Shown here: positions 23,900 to 37,140 of the stretch, piece by piece
Position numbering within the stretch: position 1 is the first letter of the stretch
Layout: each line of letters opens with the position of its first letter
Assembly (NCBI GenBank): GCA_964187785.1
Contig: OZ076412.1
Span: forward strand, 31,744,001 to 31,808,000
DNA from: Amphiscolops sp. MND2022
Taxonomy: Eukaryota
Direction of reading: 5' to 3'
Length of the DNA stretch: 64,000 nt
The notes under the pieces: model-generated
What the model was told of the DNA's origin: nothing
What the model saw: only the letters and a program-made list of their open reading frames with translations
The model's database searches: none
Program-made: the position numbers and the translations under genes

Positions 23900-26800
23900 T
23901 GGTATCGAGCACACTATAGGGCTAATTTAAGCCACAAAATCACAACAGCTTACAATCTGCTCGTCCAAAACAATTCTTTGGCAATATCCACATTCAGCTC
24001 GTCAGCTGGGGCACCACCACAGGCACTAATTCTAAAATTAGCCGAAAAGACTCATTTTGCGGTTTTTGCTACATCAGATAGCATACAGTGAAATCCAGAA
24101 AAACCGGGTGTTAGCACCAAAAAGACTCTAATTTCAGAGGTTTTTGTTGTCTCTGGGGTCTTTGATGGCGGCTGGCCTTGTGTTTTTTTCAATCTTTGCT
24201 CTTTGTTGTCGAAGTACCTGCCAATTTCGTTGAAACAGCGGAAAGAGCGATCACAAGCTCTGTGCAACGTCAAACATCGAATTAGAATTGTTCAAAATTT
24301 TCTGAACATGTTCAAAACCCAAATTCCAATAACGCCTGATTGTGCTGTCTCAGAGGAGCCCGTTACATCACTTACCGGACGTTAGGCAGGACGTCTCTGT
24401 CATGCGGGGTTGTGGGCATTGAAGACATCTCCACATCAACTTTGCAATCTTCTCGGAGTTGAAACTGGTGGTTTTGTGGCGGTGTTGTGGCACAATCAGC
24501 TTTTGCTGTTGCATTGAATATTTGTTTCTTGCCATCTTTTGAGCCTGCATTATCCATTGGCTGCTTTGACTGGAGCAAGCCCTTGGGCTGGAAAAGGATC
24601 ACTCAAAAATGCACCTTCAAACAAATCAAAATCATAATTTTATAAATCAATCCAATAGCATCATTTGGTTGGCACAAATTTTTTGCACAAATTTCGAATG
24701 GGAATTTGATGGCACTGTGATTTGTTTTGTAGTTTTGGAATGTTATTGGAGCCCTGAGACTCTTTGGCGCAATTTCTCTCAAAAACACGTGTCGGTGTTG
24801 TGGCCCACATTACAGTGCATAGACAAGCTTTTTCTTGCCATTTTGCGGAAACCACGACAAGGATTTGCGGAATCCATGACACGCTTACAGAATTCCAATC
24901 TCTTTGATGTTTGCGGAATCTAAGAAAAGCCCTTCCTTTGATGTTGCGGAAAGTAAGAAAATCTTACTTTCCGCAAATTCAAATCTCGGATTCCACGGAA
25001 AAATTTAATGAGCCAATTAACCGTCTTGGACTCAATTATCTATCTTAGATTCCGCAATTGAAACTGGTCCTCAATTTAATCTCTTGGATTCCGCAAAAAA
25101 TTCTAGTCTCCTCAAATTACACCCTAGCCTATTCTGAGAATCCTAGATCCCTGGATCTCCTTAAAAAACCTAAGATTGGTAGCAAATAGTATTTTCGAGA
25201 GTTTTAATGTGATTATGTTGGTATTGAAGTTCTTTTTTGAAGAACTTTTGAAATGATGGAAACCCTTTATTGGGACCAAATAGTTTTAGTGTGATTATGT
25301 TTGTATTGAAGTTCTTTTTATGAAGAACTTTTGAAATTATGGAAACCCTTGATTGGGACCAAATAGTTTTTTACGGTACATAAATGATTTAAATGTTTTT
25401 TGGAATATTTTTGACTTTATGTAGGTAGTATTTATCTGTAGATATCCACATAAATTTATCATTATTGAATTTGAATTAAATTCATTAGTTACAACACATT
25501 TTGATCAAAGAGTTGAAGAAAGTCCAATTTATCTTTATCGACACTGGATTAGGATCAGGAGCAAGCCCTTGGGCTGGAAAACGATCACTCAAAAATGCAC
25601 CTTCAAACAAATCAAAATCATAATTTTATAATTCAATCAAACAGCATCATTTGGTTGGCACAAGTTTGCTGCACAAATTTCGAATGGGATCTTGAAGGCA
25701 CTGTGATTTGTTTTGTAGTTTAAGAATGATATTGGAGCTCTGAGACTCTGGCGCAATTTCTCTTAAAAACTTCTTTTCCTCGCCAGTAAAACCTCACTTT
25801 GCAGAGCAGTTGAAAGTTGTTTTTGGTAAAACTTCTTTTCAGCGGAAAGACCACTGTTTAAAAGGAACACAAACGGTTTCTGATATTTCTTGTTCAAAGT
25901 TCGTCTAAGTTCGGGCAGCACGCACTAATGTGCAGCTCCAAACCAATACAAAGTTCAGTAGCATCTGTTAAGGAGTGTATCAGAGGCAAATTACGAACTG
26001 CTCGCGAGAAATAGAACTGAGGCAAATATATACAAGATTCTGCATTTGAAAATTTTTGAAACTCATGAGCTCCATTAAACGAATCGTTTCGTAGAAAAGC
26101 CACTGATTCGAACAAAAATTGACATTGAATCTGCATGGAAAGGAACTATAAAGAAGACAAACTAAAAAAGAAACTATGAATTAAAGCACCAACAGAATTA
26201 TCGTGGCAAAGACCACGTTTCTGGCCAATTTGGCACTATTGAGAGTTTTTTGTTTTTATTTTGTTTTTTTTTAGGCTTCCTTGATAACCACGAGCACGTT
26301 AATTTAGTTTATGTCTAGTAAAAAAACAAAAATGTTTTGGTACCAAGTTATGGTTGCAACCATCAGAGTCAAGTGAAAATACTAAGCGGTCAGGAGTTCA
26401 TTACTTTATGTAGCGACAATTTCCATCGGTGGTCAACATGGATCGTGGAGAATTAGAGTATTATCTCTCCATGGGACTCCCCGGACCTTAATCATTGAGC
26501 ACCGCTCTTCAATGATTTCGTTTGGATGTCGACAATTTTGACATTAATTTGTCTCAAATATGGGATATTTGGAGGGCGGCCATGCTGATGACCCATCGGG
26601 CGGTCAGACAATGCTGAATGAAGAGATTTTGTAAATAGGCGTGGCGGACAACCACGTCTGTGACCAACGGGTCGAGTTTTGGCTGTACCACCAGGCAAGC
26701 CTGTTGTGAGGACTTGTGGGTCTGTCTGAAAGACGCTTTGATTCTCTAGATCTTAGTAACGAAAAATGACATTTAGATCAAAGTTCTTTGGATGTTACAG

Positions 26801-29800
26801 AAGTGCGTTTTGATCCTATTCCTTACATCGTAGTTTGTGCCCGTACTTAGCGTCTCTTGATTCTGTTTACGACTTGAATCTTTTCGATTACTCGATAAAA
26901 GTCGCGAGTCATACCAGTTTTTTTCCTTGAGCAGGTCGTCTTTTAGCAGGTCTTGAAAGCCGTCAAAGTGTATAGAATGCATCCTGAAGTTTTTTCTGTA
27001 TCACATACACATAGACGGGAGGTCATCCGCCAAATCGTGTATTGAAAATCATTTAAATTACAATGGTTAGTCAACATTTCTATAGGTAATTTGATTGATG
27101 AACCTTTTGGGAAAACAGAAATACCAGTATTTCTAGATGGATAATCTGGCCAAATGTTAACAAGACTCTTGTTCCGTACATCCTTTCTAAAGACTGAGCA
27201 TACGTAATTGGTGTTACGGAAACATCCCGTCTCTCGTGCCTCTGTCGCTGAAGTTGGAGGAACTCATGGTATGGGTATTTGCCCGGGACAGGCGCCCATG
27301 ACCATGAGCCATTTTGCTTCCAGAGATAAAAACTGTCCCGTCAGAAGGCGGTCTCGCCTCATGAAGAGAACTCGCGTGGCTGATCCAGTCTTTATTTGGT
27401 GTCAGTAACGTGAATTAACCTTTCCTTCGAAACTACCGCTTAGACAGCCATTAAAAACGCTGCAAGAAGAAATATGAATGTAAATTTCGCTATTCACGGT
27501 GACTTGGGTAATTAGATCTGAAATCGTCAAGGTAGCCATAAAATCACAACAGTTTACAATCTGCTCGTCCACAACAAATATTTAGCAATATCCACATTCA
27601 GCTCGTAAGCTTGGGCACGATCACAGGCACTAATTCTAAAATTAGCCAAGAAGACTCTTTTTGCGGTTTTCACTACATAAGGTAGCATTCAGTGAAATCC
27701 AGAAAAACCGGGTGTTAGCACCAAAGAAGACTCTAATTTCAGAGGTTTTTGCTGTCTCTGCGGTCTTTAATGGCGACTGATTTGTGTTTTTTTCAATCTT
27801 TGTTTTTTGTTGTGGAAGTACTTGCCAATTTCGTTGAAACAGCGGAAAAAGCAATCACATGCTCTGTGCAACGTCAAACATCGAATTAGAATTGTTCAAA
27901 AATTTTCTGAACATGTTCAAATCCCAAATTCCAATAACGCCTGATTCCGCTGTCTCAGAGGGTGCCGTTACATCACTTACCGGACCTTAGGCAGGACGTC
28001 TCTGTCATGCGGGGTCGTTGGTATTGAAGACATCTCCACATAAACTTTGCAATCTACTGGGAGCTGAAACTAGTGGTTTTGTGGCGGTGTTGTGGCACAA
28101 TCAGCTTTTGCTGTTGCATTGAATATTTGTTTCTTGCCATCTTTTGAGCCTGCATTATCCATTGGCTGCTTTGACTGGAGCAAGCCCTTGGGCTGGAAAA
28201 GGATCACTCAAAAATGCACCTTCAAACAAATCAAAATCATAATTTCATAAATCAATCCAATAGCATCATTTGGTTGGCACAAATTTTTTGCACAAATTTC
28301 GAATGGGAATTTGATGGCACTGTGATTTGTTTTGTAGTTTTGGAATGTTATTGGAGCCCTGAGACTCTTTGGCGCAATTTCTCTCAAAAACTTCTTTTCC
28401 TCGCCAGTAAAACTTCACTTTGCAGAGCAGTTAAAAGTTGTTTTCGGTAAAACTTCTTTTCAGCGAAAAGACCACTGTTCAAAACGAACACAAACGGTTT
28501 CTGATATTTCTTGTTCAAAGTTTAGCTAGGTTCGAGCAGCACGCACTGATGTGCAGCTCCATACCAATCCAAAGTTCAGTAGCATCTGTTGAGGAGTGTA
28601 TCGGAGGCAAATTACGAACTGCTCGCGAGAAATAGAACTGAGGCAAAGATATACAAGATTCTGCATTCAAAATTTTTGGAGCTCGAATCGTCCCGTAGAA
28701 AAGCCACTGAATCAAACGAAAATTGACATAGAGTCTCCATGGAGTGGAACTATAAAGACGACAAACTAAAAAAGAAACTATGAAGTAAAGCACCAACAGA
28801 ATTATCGTGACAAAGACCTTTTTTCTGGCCAATTTGGCACTATTGAGAATTTTTTTGTTTTTTTATTTTTTTTCAGGCTTCATTGATAGCCACGAGCACG
28901 TTAATTTATTTTATGTCTAGTAAAAACAAAAATGTTTTGGTACCAAGTTCTGGTTGCAACCATCAGAGTCAAGTGAAAATACTATGCGGTCAGGAGTTCA
29001 TTACTTTAGGTAGTGACAATTTCCATGGTGGTCAACATGGATCGTGGAGAATCAGAGTATTATCTCTCCATGGGACTCCCCGGACCTTAATCATTGAGCA
29101 CCGCTCTTCAATGATTTTGTTTGGATATCGACAATTTTCACATTAGTTTGTCTCAAATATGGGATTTTTGGAAGGCAGCCATGCTGATGACCCTTCGGGC
29201 GGTCAGACAATGCTAAATGAAGAGATTTTGTCAATGAGCGTGGCGATCGACCACGTCTGTGATCAACGGGTCGAGTTTTGGCTGTACCACCAGGCAAGCG
29301 TGTTGTGAGGACTTGTGGGTCTGTCTGAAAGACGCGTAGACAATGCCTGGCAGTAAATAATGGCTGATATGTTTGTTCCAATAGAGTTGACAATAACTGA
29401 GAGGTTGATAGTAAGGATTTTGTTCCAGGGGAGCGAGAGGTGTTGGTCAAAATCAATGGACTCGTCATTGGATATTCTTCAAAGAAGTTTGGTGTTGGTG
29501 CTTTCAAGGTCTCAGCTTTCAACACAAAATTTAGTTAGGACACTCGTTTGGGTGTCTGTTGCAAAGCCGTAATTTGGAGTTGCGGTTGCCCCTTCTCCCC
29601 CTTTTGCAGAAGAAGCGGTGGATAATGTCGATGTGACATTGCCAAAATGTGACAGGCTATGCCAAGATGCACCTTTTAGATGTAACCATGGAGTTGAGCG
29701 TTCTAGAACAACAGAGGTAGGTTCTCTGTTGAAGTCGTTTGCAGTGGCCATTTTTCCAGCTCGCTTGAATGCCAACAAGTCATCAAAAAACACATCAGCA

Positions 29801-32800
29801 GTTATAATTTGACATAGGATGGATAATTCCATTGTCATATGCCACTCCACATTAGGAACAGGGGAGAAGTTTGATTTCGCATGTAGTTTTTGCTGTTCAC
29901 ATGACATCTTAGACTCAATTTCTGTGCCCGTGGGCACTTCCGTACTTTGGTGCTTCACGGAATTACTCTCAAGCTTCTTAAAAAATGGGAGCTTGAAAAT
30001 GAAAGCTTGACTTATTGTTCAGAAATCGGACATTTTGGCAAAAATTGTTTTGTATTCACTTTTTCTTTGCAGAACGAGGTTCGTCAAAAGAAGTTCTAGT
30101 GTCAGTAACAGGCATAAGATTACCCACCACTACACACGCTGCTCACTGGGTTGGAAAATTTTATTGCAGGCAATTTACTTGAGTACTCTTGATTCATTTT
30201 AGGCAAAAAAGCATTTTTAAGCAAAAAGTTATTTATTGACCTTTCAACTTCAAGAATTTTGAGTGTTTTGTAGTCACTCCAGAGTGTTTGCTGCACAACT
30301 GACGTAATATTTGGTGCTGTGCAACTTAGCACAACAGAATAACAACAAATTAGAGCAGTAAAGTGTTCAAAAGAGGTTTTACACTTGAAAAGTCTCGCAA
30401 AATTTTGGTCGCAAGGAAGTTGCTCCTCTCAAAATTTCGAAATTTTGGTAATGTATGAGTTGCTAGGGTTTTTTCTAGGTGTTCAAAACCCTGTGAAGGC
30501 TCACAGCGTTGTGTGTAGAGGTATTATGTTTACACAATTCAGTCCCAGTGCCGGCGGGCACAAAAAACTTTCGTTTTGTCCTTTACAAATGTCAAAATTC
30601 AATGCCTAAATGGAGTCATAAATGTATGACCCATGCCGGCATTTTTTGAACGGTGAGATTTCCCTCGTTCGCTCACATGGAGGCTTACTAGGGCCCTACG
30701 GTTGGAAAATGAACGCTTTTTGACCCTGCTTTTGGCACAGCGGGAGTATTGATATTTTACAATGTTGGACTCTTTATGGTTTAACAGGGATTCTTCCTGA
30801 AAAGCGTGTGTGAAAATAGTCAAAAACGGTTCTAGCAATCGTAGCTCGTCAACAGCAACATTTTCATAGCAGCACCTCTCGGCAAACACGCAGGCTAGAA
30901 AATGGACCTCCCTAAGATGTTCTGTGCCTCCAGAGTCGAGATAGAGAGTTTTTCATTGATTTTTTTTGGATTTCAAAATTTTTCGAAAAACATCTAAGTG
31001 GCTCGTACCAATGCGGTAACTGTAGGAATGGACTCCAAAAAATGGTAACACGATCCCGCGTGTAGCCAGGTATACTGCAATAAGCACCAAATGGGGCCCT
31101 GACGTTCCGTGTCACTGTGTCTCAACTGACACAATTTTTCACGTGCGATTAAACACTCTCGTCCACAGTGTTGAGTTCGCAAGCTCACTTTTCCAGCCCT
31201 AATGCACCAACTGATGGTGAAACCAATGGCCCAAGGCAAAGTAGTCCAACTATTTTGATATGGTGCGTCAACAACTACAAGAAATGTTCCAACTCGTTAC
31301 AATACACAGGATATTACAACAGTAAGTAACAAAAAACTATGATCCAACGCAACAGCACACTCGATACTGACCAAATTACACACAAACAGCAATAGGTTCA
31401 CGACAAGCAGTTCACACTAGGGTGTAACACATGTTTCCAACACGTATTCTTGGCTTTTACCCCACCTTCCCAGCTTTCGTCTCGGTGGAACCTCAAACTG
31501 AAACAACGGAGATGGAGATGGTGATGCACGTCCGAGAAGTGTCGAAACTGCTTCCAAGGGTCGTATCGTGCTGAAGAGTATACAGCAATTCAGGTCTGAT
31601 GCACCGTTTTAAAAAATGAGTCCAGAATTGGGGTGTTGGGCTCCAGTGATAGGCTAAAGGGATTATTCCTACTTTTTGGGTTTTTCAAATCCTAGTACGG
31701 CTAGGTTCGGGCAGCACGCACTGATATGCAGCTCCATACCAATACAAAGTTCAGTAGCATCTGTTAAGGGTTGTATCAGAGGCGAAATTACGAACTGCTC
31801 GCGAGAAATAGAACTGAGGCAAAGATAACCAAGATTCTGCATTTGAAATTTTGTGAGCTCGTGAGCTCCATTAAACGATCCGTCCCGTAGAAAAGCCACT
31901 GGAGTGGTCTACAAAAAAATTTAGTCCTCGACTCGTCTCGGTGAGGACATAAGCAAAACGACGCCTTTTAGTGAACCAGCTTTTCAGAAACAAATTTTAA
32001 GGCTCATAGGTCATTCGTACTCGCACAACATTTTCTCAAGAGTCCAATTTCTCAGAAAAACAACCTTGTTTGGGATGTTTTATCTCCAGAAACCAAAAGG
32101 ACACTTTTTCAAGAATTTTGAAATTTTCCGAAAATTCCGTGACAACTTTCAAGTGGCTCGTGTTTGCACCAGATGCTCCTATTGAGCCCAAAACTGACCA
32201 GCAGTTGTTAGATACAGGTTAATTTACAGAAATGAACGCAGTTTTGATCTGCACCCTTTCTACGCAACGTCACCCAGATATAGATGTGATATAGATATAT
32301 CACCACGTACCAAAATACACTGTTTTTCACGCCTATTTCAAAATTGCTATCCACTGAAAAAAAACCAGCGAGCTCAAATTCCCTGAAACAACGTAGTAAC
32401 TAGCGCAGATTACGATGATGGGTAGCAATTTGACCCCACCCGTAGGCTAAGGTTCCTGGGTTACTAAAAAAATCGAAAAAACCGGCCTTTGCACACCTTT
32501 TTGTGTGGTACGTTTTTTGCTATTTTCTCAACAAGTACCGCACAGTTTGACACCAAACTTAGTAGTCTATGCCAGTGAGCAATTACGATGGCACTGAAAG
32601 AGTCAAATTGACGCGCACACGCCTATTTAAGGTTTTAACCTTGTATAGACACTACGCACAAAAAAACCGTTTTTGACTACTTTTTCACAAATTGGCTAAA
32701 AGAGTCACCTCAGAAAATGATATGGCAGGTAAAATAGAACCAACTTGTTGCTCTACTATCCGTAGCATTAGGGTGAAACTCCAATTGGCTGTGCTGGTAT

Positions 32801-35077
32801 ATACTGGTCCTGTAGTTTTAGATTTTTTCAGCTCTTTTTTTGCTTTCTGAAGTCGAAACGTCAGAGAGTTTTTCTCAACTTTGGTGAACGTTACGCCCGC
32901 CAAAGTTTCGGTTCTAGCGTTTCTTTTTGTGAACATTACGAAAATGCAACCAATTTTTGGCTAAGGTTTGGGAATCAATGTCCAGACCATAACTCAGAGA
33001 CAGTCCGCATTAATGAAAACTTGATGTTTTTCAGTGCGTTTTTCATTTTTTCTCAGCACTGAAGGGACTTTTTTGACGTGGGTTTCACTCTCACACGTTA
33101 TTTTTACTATACAAACAGAAAATTAACAACAGGAAAAAATCGTAACTTCCTAGTTAACAAAAAGTCAGAGTGCCCACGTTTTTGATTGTGTACTCAGGCA
33201 CTACTGAATCTGCCCAAAAATCAATTTTTCCTGTTATGAAAACGTAAAAAACCTCATCAAACGTTAATTTCGGTGCCGTGAAAGGTGCCCCAAGTTTTTA
33301 GCAGCACGAGAGAGGCAGTTACAGCACTATTCGGTAATGCCCCATTGATAATTCTAGGTGGCTTTTTTTCCAAAAACACAAAACCCGTGTTTTTCGATAC
33401 AAGAAGCGTCTGAAAAAGTGCTCCAACGGCTTTCCTGGTTATCACGGCATGATGTGTCAAACCTCTTGAGGTTCTGGGCTACTTTTTATTCAGTTTTGCA
33501 ACAGCTGTGGCTACTACTTTGAGCGCTTGCGCTCTCAGCAAGAAAGCAGTCAAAGAAGCCTAAATTGAGGTTTTCCTCCTTTTGAACAAAAAATCTAATT
33601 TTTCCAACGAAAACAGGTTCAAAAGCACACAGTGAGTAGCAATAGGGCAAAACAAACATAACCAAAAACTTTTTCACAAAAAATACGCAATCAAATATTT
33701 TTTATAGCATACTCCAAAAAACTGATCCTTAGGGCATCCGTGATGGTACCTTCGCCGTCTTTTTTCTCATCACCCAGACCAACCAGAGACAAACGGTTTG
33801 GACCCTCAGCAACGTCAGCACTTGCTCTACGCTTCCACCAAAATCATCCCTGTAGGACGTCTCTACAAGAAATGGGAAGGGAAAGTCGGGAGACTCGTTT
33901 CGGCTCATCTATTAGGTGGTTGGAGTATGGCGCATCCTCTCGTTCAAAAGCGCAAATCACTGAAAACAGCTAGAAAAATTGGTTTAACATCAGTAGCGAC
34001 AAGCTACTGTCTTTTGCGTTTTACAAGAAGACCTGCTAATGGGAACCTTGCAATTTTAGACTATACCAGTCAACAATTACTTGTTACAATAACATCATCG
34101 GTATTTGGAAAAGTCACTTGAAAAACGGACAGAAAACCTGCCATAAAAAACCTGTCAATACATCAAACTCTGAAAAATGAAAAAAACTCTGCGTAAAAGT
34201 CTCCAATCAGAGCCAGGTTGTACTTGGCGACAATCACCAGAGGCCCAGCTCTTTATTATCTGTGAAGAAAATTACTCTGAGGCAATCCCTCTGTGGTCGC
34301 CAAAAAATGGATTTCTTAATCTAACGGAAACATCCCGTCACTCGTGTCTCTGTCGGTGAAGGTGGAGGAACTCATGGTATGGGTATTTGCCCGGGACAGG
34401 CGCCCATGACCATGAGCCCATTTTGCCTCAAGGGACAAAAACTGTCCCGTCAGAAGGCGGTCTCGTCTCGTAAAGGGTACTCGTCGGTCTGATCCAGTCT
34501 TTAATTGCTGTAAGTAACGTGAATAACGCTTTTTCTTCAAAACTACCGCTTAGGCAGCCTTTAAAAACGTTGCAAGAGGAATTATGAATGGAAATTTCGC
34601 TATTCAGGGAGACTTGGGGAATAAGATTTAAAATCGCCAAAGTTGCCATAAAATCACAACAGTTTACAATTTGCTCGTCCACAACAATTCTTTGGCAATA
34701 TACACATTCAGCTCGTAAGCTGGGGCACCACTACAGGCACTAATTTGTAAATTAGCCAAGAAGACTCATTTTGCGGTTTTCGCTAGATAAGGTAGCATAC
34801 AGTGAAATTTGGAAAAATCGAGTGATATCACCAAAAAAGTCTATGTTCAGAGGTTTTTGCAGTCTCTGGAGTCTGTGATGGCTGCTGGCCTTGTGTTTTT
34901 TCTCAATCCTTGCTCTTTGTTGTCGAAGTACCCGCCAATTTCGTTGAAACAGCTAAAATAGCAATCACATGCTCTGTGCCACGTCAAACATCGAATTAGA
35001 TTTTTTTCAAAAATTTTTTTGAACATGTTCAAATCCCAGACACCAATATCGACTGGTTCTGCTGTCTCAGAGGGTGC
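23900..35077 (-). mobile_element. Cluster of rearranged, decayed copies of an unidentified large protein-coding element
   Basis: Blocks recur: ~23935-24785 = ~27540-28385 = (part) ~34650-35077; ~25560-26735 = ~28180-29335; ~27215-27960 = ~34325-35077; ~25910 = ~28530 = ~31705. Minus-strand frames give protein-like relics shared between copies. Confidence 0.55.
24790..25380. repeat. GCGGAATC/GATTCCGC MITE-like insert plus an ~82-bp tandem duplication
   Basis: Perfect 15-bp stem with 3-nt loop at 24944-24976; repeated inverted GCGGAATC motifs; a duplicated GTGATTATGTT...GGGACCAAATAGTTTT block starting at 25209 and 25291. Confidence 0.55.
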
Positions 35078-37140
35078 CGTTAGATTGTGTATTGAGCTCC
35101 TTCATCAAGTCCCGTAATGCGGAGGAAAATTCGATGACTCGCGTGAATGATATAATCTATCCTGCTATCCGTGTTCCGCAGAGCTGCGGCGCATGAGTCG
35201 TTTGCCGTGCTGTACTTGTGAACGATCTTTGCCTGTGATAAGATAATCTCGATATTTATTGGGGTGGAACTGTCATCTTAACTAAATTGTGATTGTACGC
35301 TGTGCTGCAAGACGTTGATGTTTTTTTGTACCAAAACTTGTCACCTCTGTACCATATTGAGTTCGCCCAAACATGACTTAGATATGTCCATGCGGGGATT
35401 ACTGACATCTTTACAAGTCTGGAACTAGAAAATGGGGTGACATGTGAATTTTGGATTATTGGTCTCAATCAAGCAAACGCTGCTTTCGCTTCGTTTGTGG
35501 ATTTTTCAAACCGAGTTTTGAATCTTAGTGTGTTGTCGATTGTGATTCCTAGCGCCGTCGATTGTGTGGCATATTTTATTTGATGGCCCTGGATGCTCAT
35601 TGAAGCTCGGCGTTAGTACGTCACTTTGTTTGAAAGTTACTACTTCCGTTTTCGTGCCTGAAATCTTGACGGCTTCAGAGTCTTTTGAGAGCTCTCCAAC
35701 CGCCTATTCGATGGTTTTGCCTTCTGCTACCGATGTAGCATCGTCTGCATATTAGAAAATTTTTCCATTGTATCTATCAAAGATATCTGCAATGTAGAGT
35801 ATGAAAAGGATTGGTGAAAAAATCTTCCTTGTGGTACTTATTGTTACGTAGCGATTTCGTAGGAAATCGTCGATTACGTTGTTCATGGTGCCTCTGATCC
35901 CAGCTATTCGTAACTTGAAAAGCATGCGTCTATCCAGATTGAATCAAAGGCTTTTTCCAGATCAATGAAAAAAGCTGCCGCTGTTTCGTTGTTATCTTTC
36001 ACATTTTGTAGGTAGTCAATCAATTGATAAAAAAATCGTCCTGAACCTCTTTTTTTGCGGAAGCCTTCGTGGCTGTCATCAATTGGTGCGTATTTTTCTG
36101 GATGTTGCCTGAACCCATGTTCTAGTGTCCGTTCAAAGCGTTTGTCAATGTTGGAGGTTGAGGTTATTAGCCTGAAGCTTCCTGCCAAGTGATAATCTTC
36201 TTTGTTTGGCTTCCTCAAAAAGATGACTTTGCCTTTCTTCCAAATGTAGTCTCTTGATGTGAAACAGATGTTGAAAAGCTGTAGGCACGTAAATCTGAAT
36301 CGGCCTCCGGCATGTTTGAGCAGGAGTGAATGTCGATCGTCTGGATCCTCAGACTTTCCTGAAGTTTGGACTGTTTTGAGTGCTGATTCCAGTTCCGTTG
36401 CGGTGTTTTGCTCATTGAAAGAATCGTAACTTTCAGTAATTTAAGAGCAATTTTGTTCGTTTTTGACTGTTTTTCGCCAATGCTCATCAAACTGTGAGCT
36501 ATCCAGATGGTTTCACGAAAAAAACACATCGAGTAGGTGTTCGAATTTACTTGCCTCATCCTTAAGAAGTTTACCATTGGATGCATTGGCATCCTGTCGC
36601 ATTCAACGCAAAAAAAATTTTTGGCTTTCCAGAAGTTTCTTCCCGGGCTTTAAATTAACTTTTCAGCGCTTTGTTGGAAATGGCAAGGTTTGGATTTCAA
36701 AAGTGCATATTGAAGGCAATTTTAGTTTTTCGCAGGCAAGTGAGTTGATGGGGTCCAAGCGTTTCTTTAAGCGTTTCCTGTTCTCACGGAGGTCTGACGA
36801 TAAAGACTTGAGCTCAACCGTCAATTATGGTTTAGAATGCTTGCTGACTTGTTTAGTTGGAATGGTTTCCTTCGACGCCTGTTGAATACATCTTAGTGTT
36901 ACCTTCCAGAGATGTTTCCCGGAAGAGGCCAGTTCTACTTTGTTCCATGCTTCTTCGAGTCTATCTTCCAAGATTTCACGCCAAAGTGTCAGTCTGTTTT
37001 GTCTCGGTTTTTTATTTTTTTCATTCTGTCCTCTAATTTTAAGTCGAACGACACGATGACCGGGAAGTGCCCTCTGATCGATGCGCCGGTTAAAACTTCT
37101 GTGAACTCGTCTTTACATAAACCTTTGCTCTAGCATTGAA
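35078..37140 (-). mobile_element. Decayed LINE ORF2 (APE end plus RT)
   Basis: HFPVIVSF (APE SDH-x-P equivalent, ~37070); RKPNK..Y...FRLITSTS..DKRFER; GFR; AFFIDLEKAFDSIW; YADD at ~35750-35740; LGITIDNTLRF. Confidence 0.85.

Noticed and set aside
30912-31115. CSIPGY... as a THAP domain start
   Set aside because: The second Cys and the downstream W/C/H residues of THAP are not in place.
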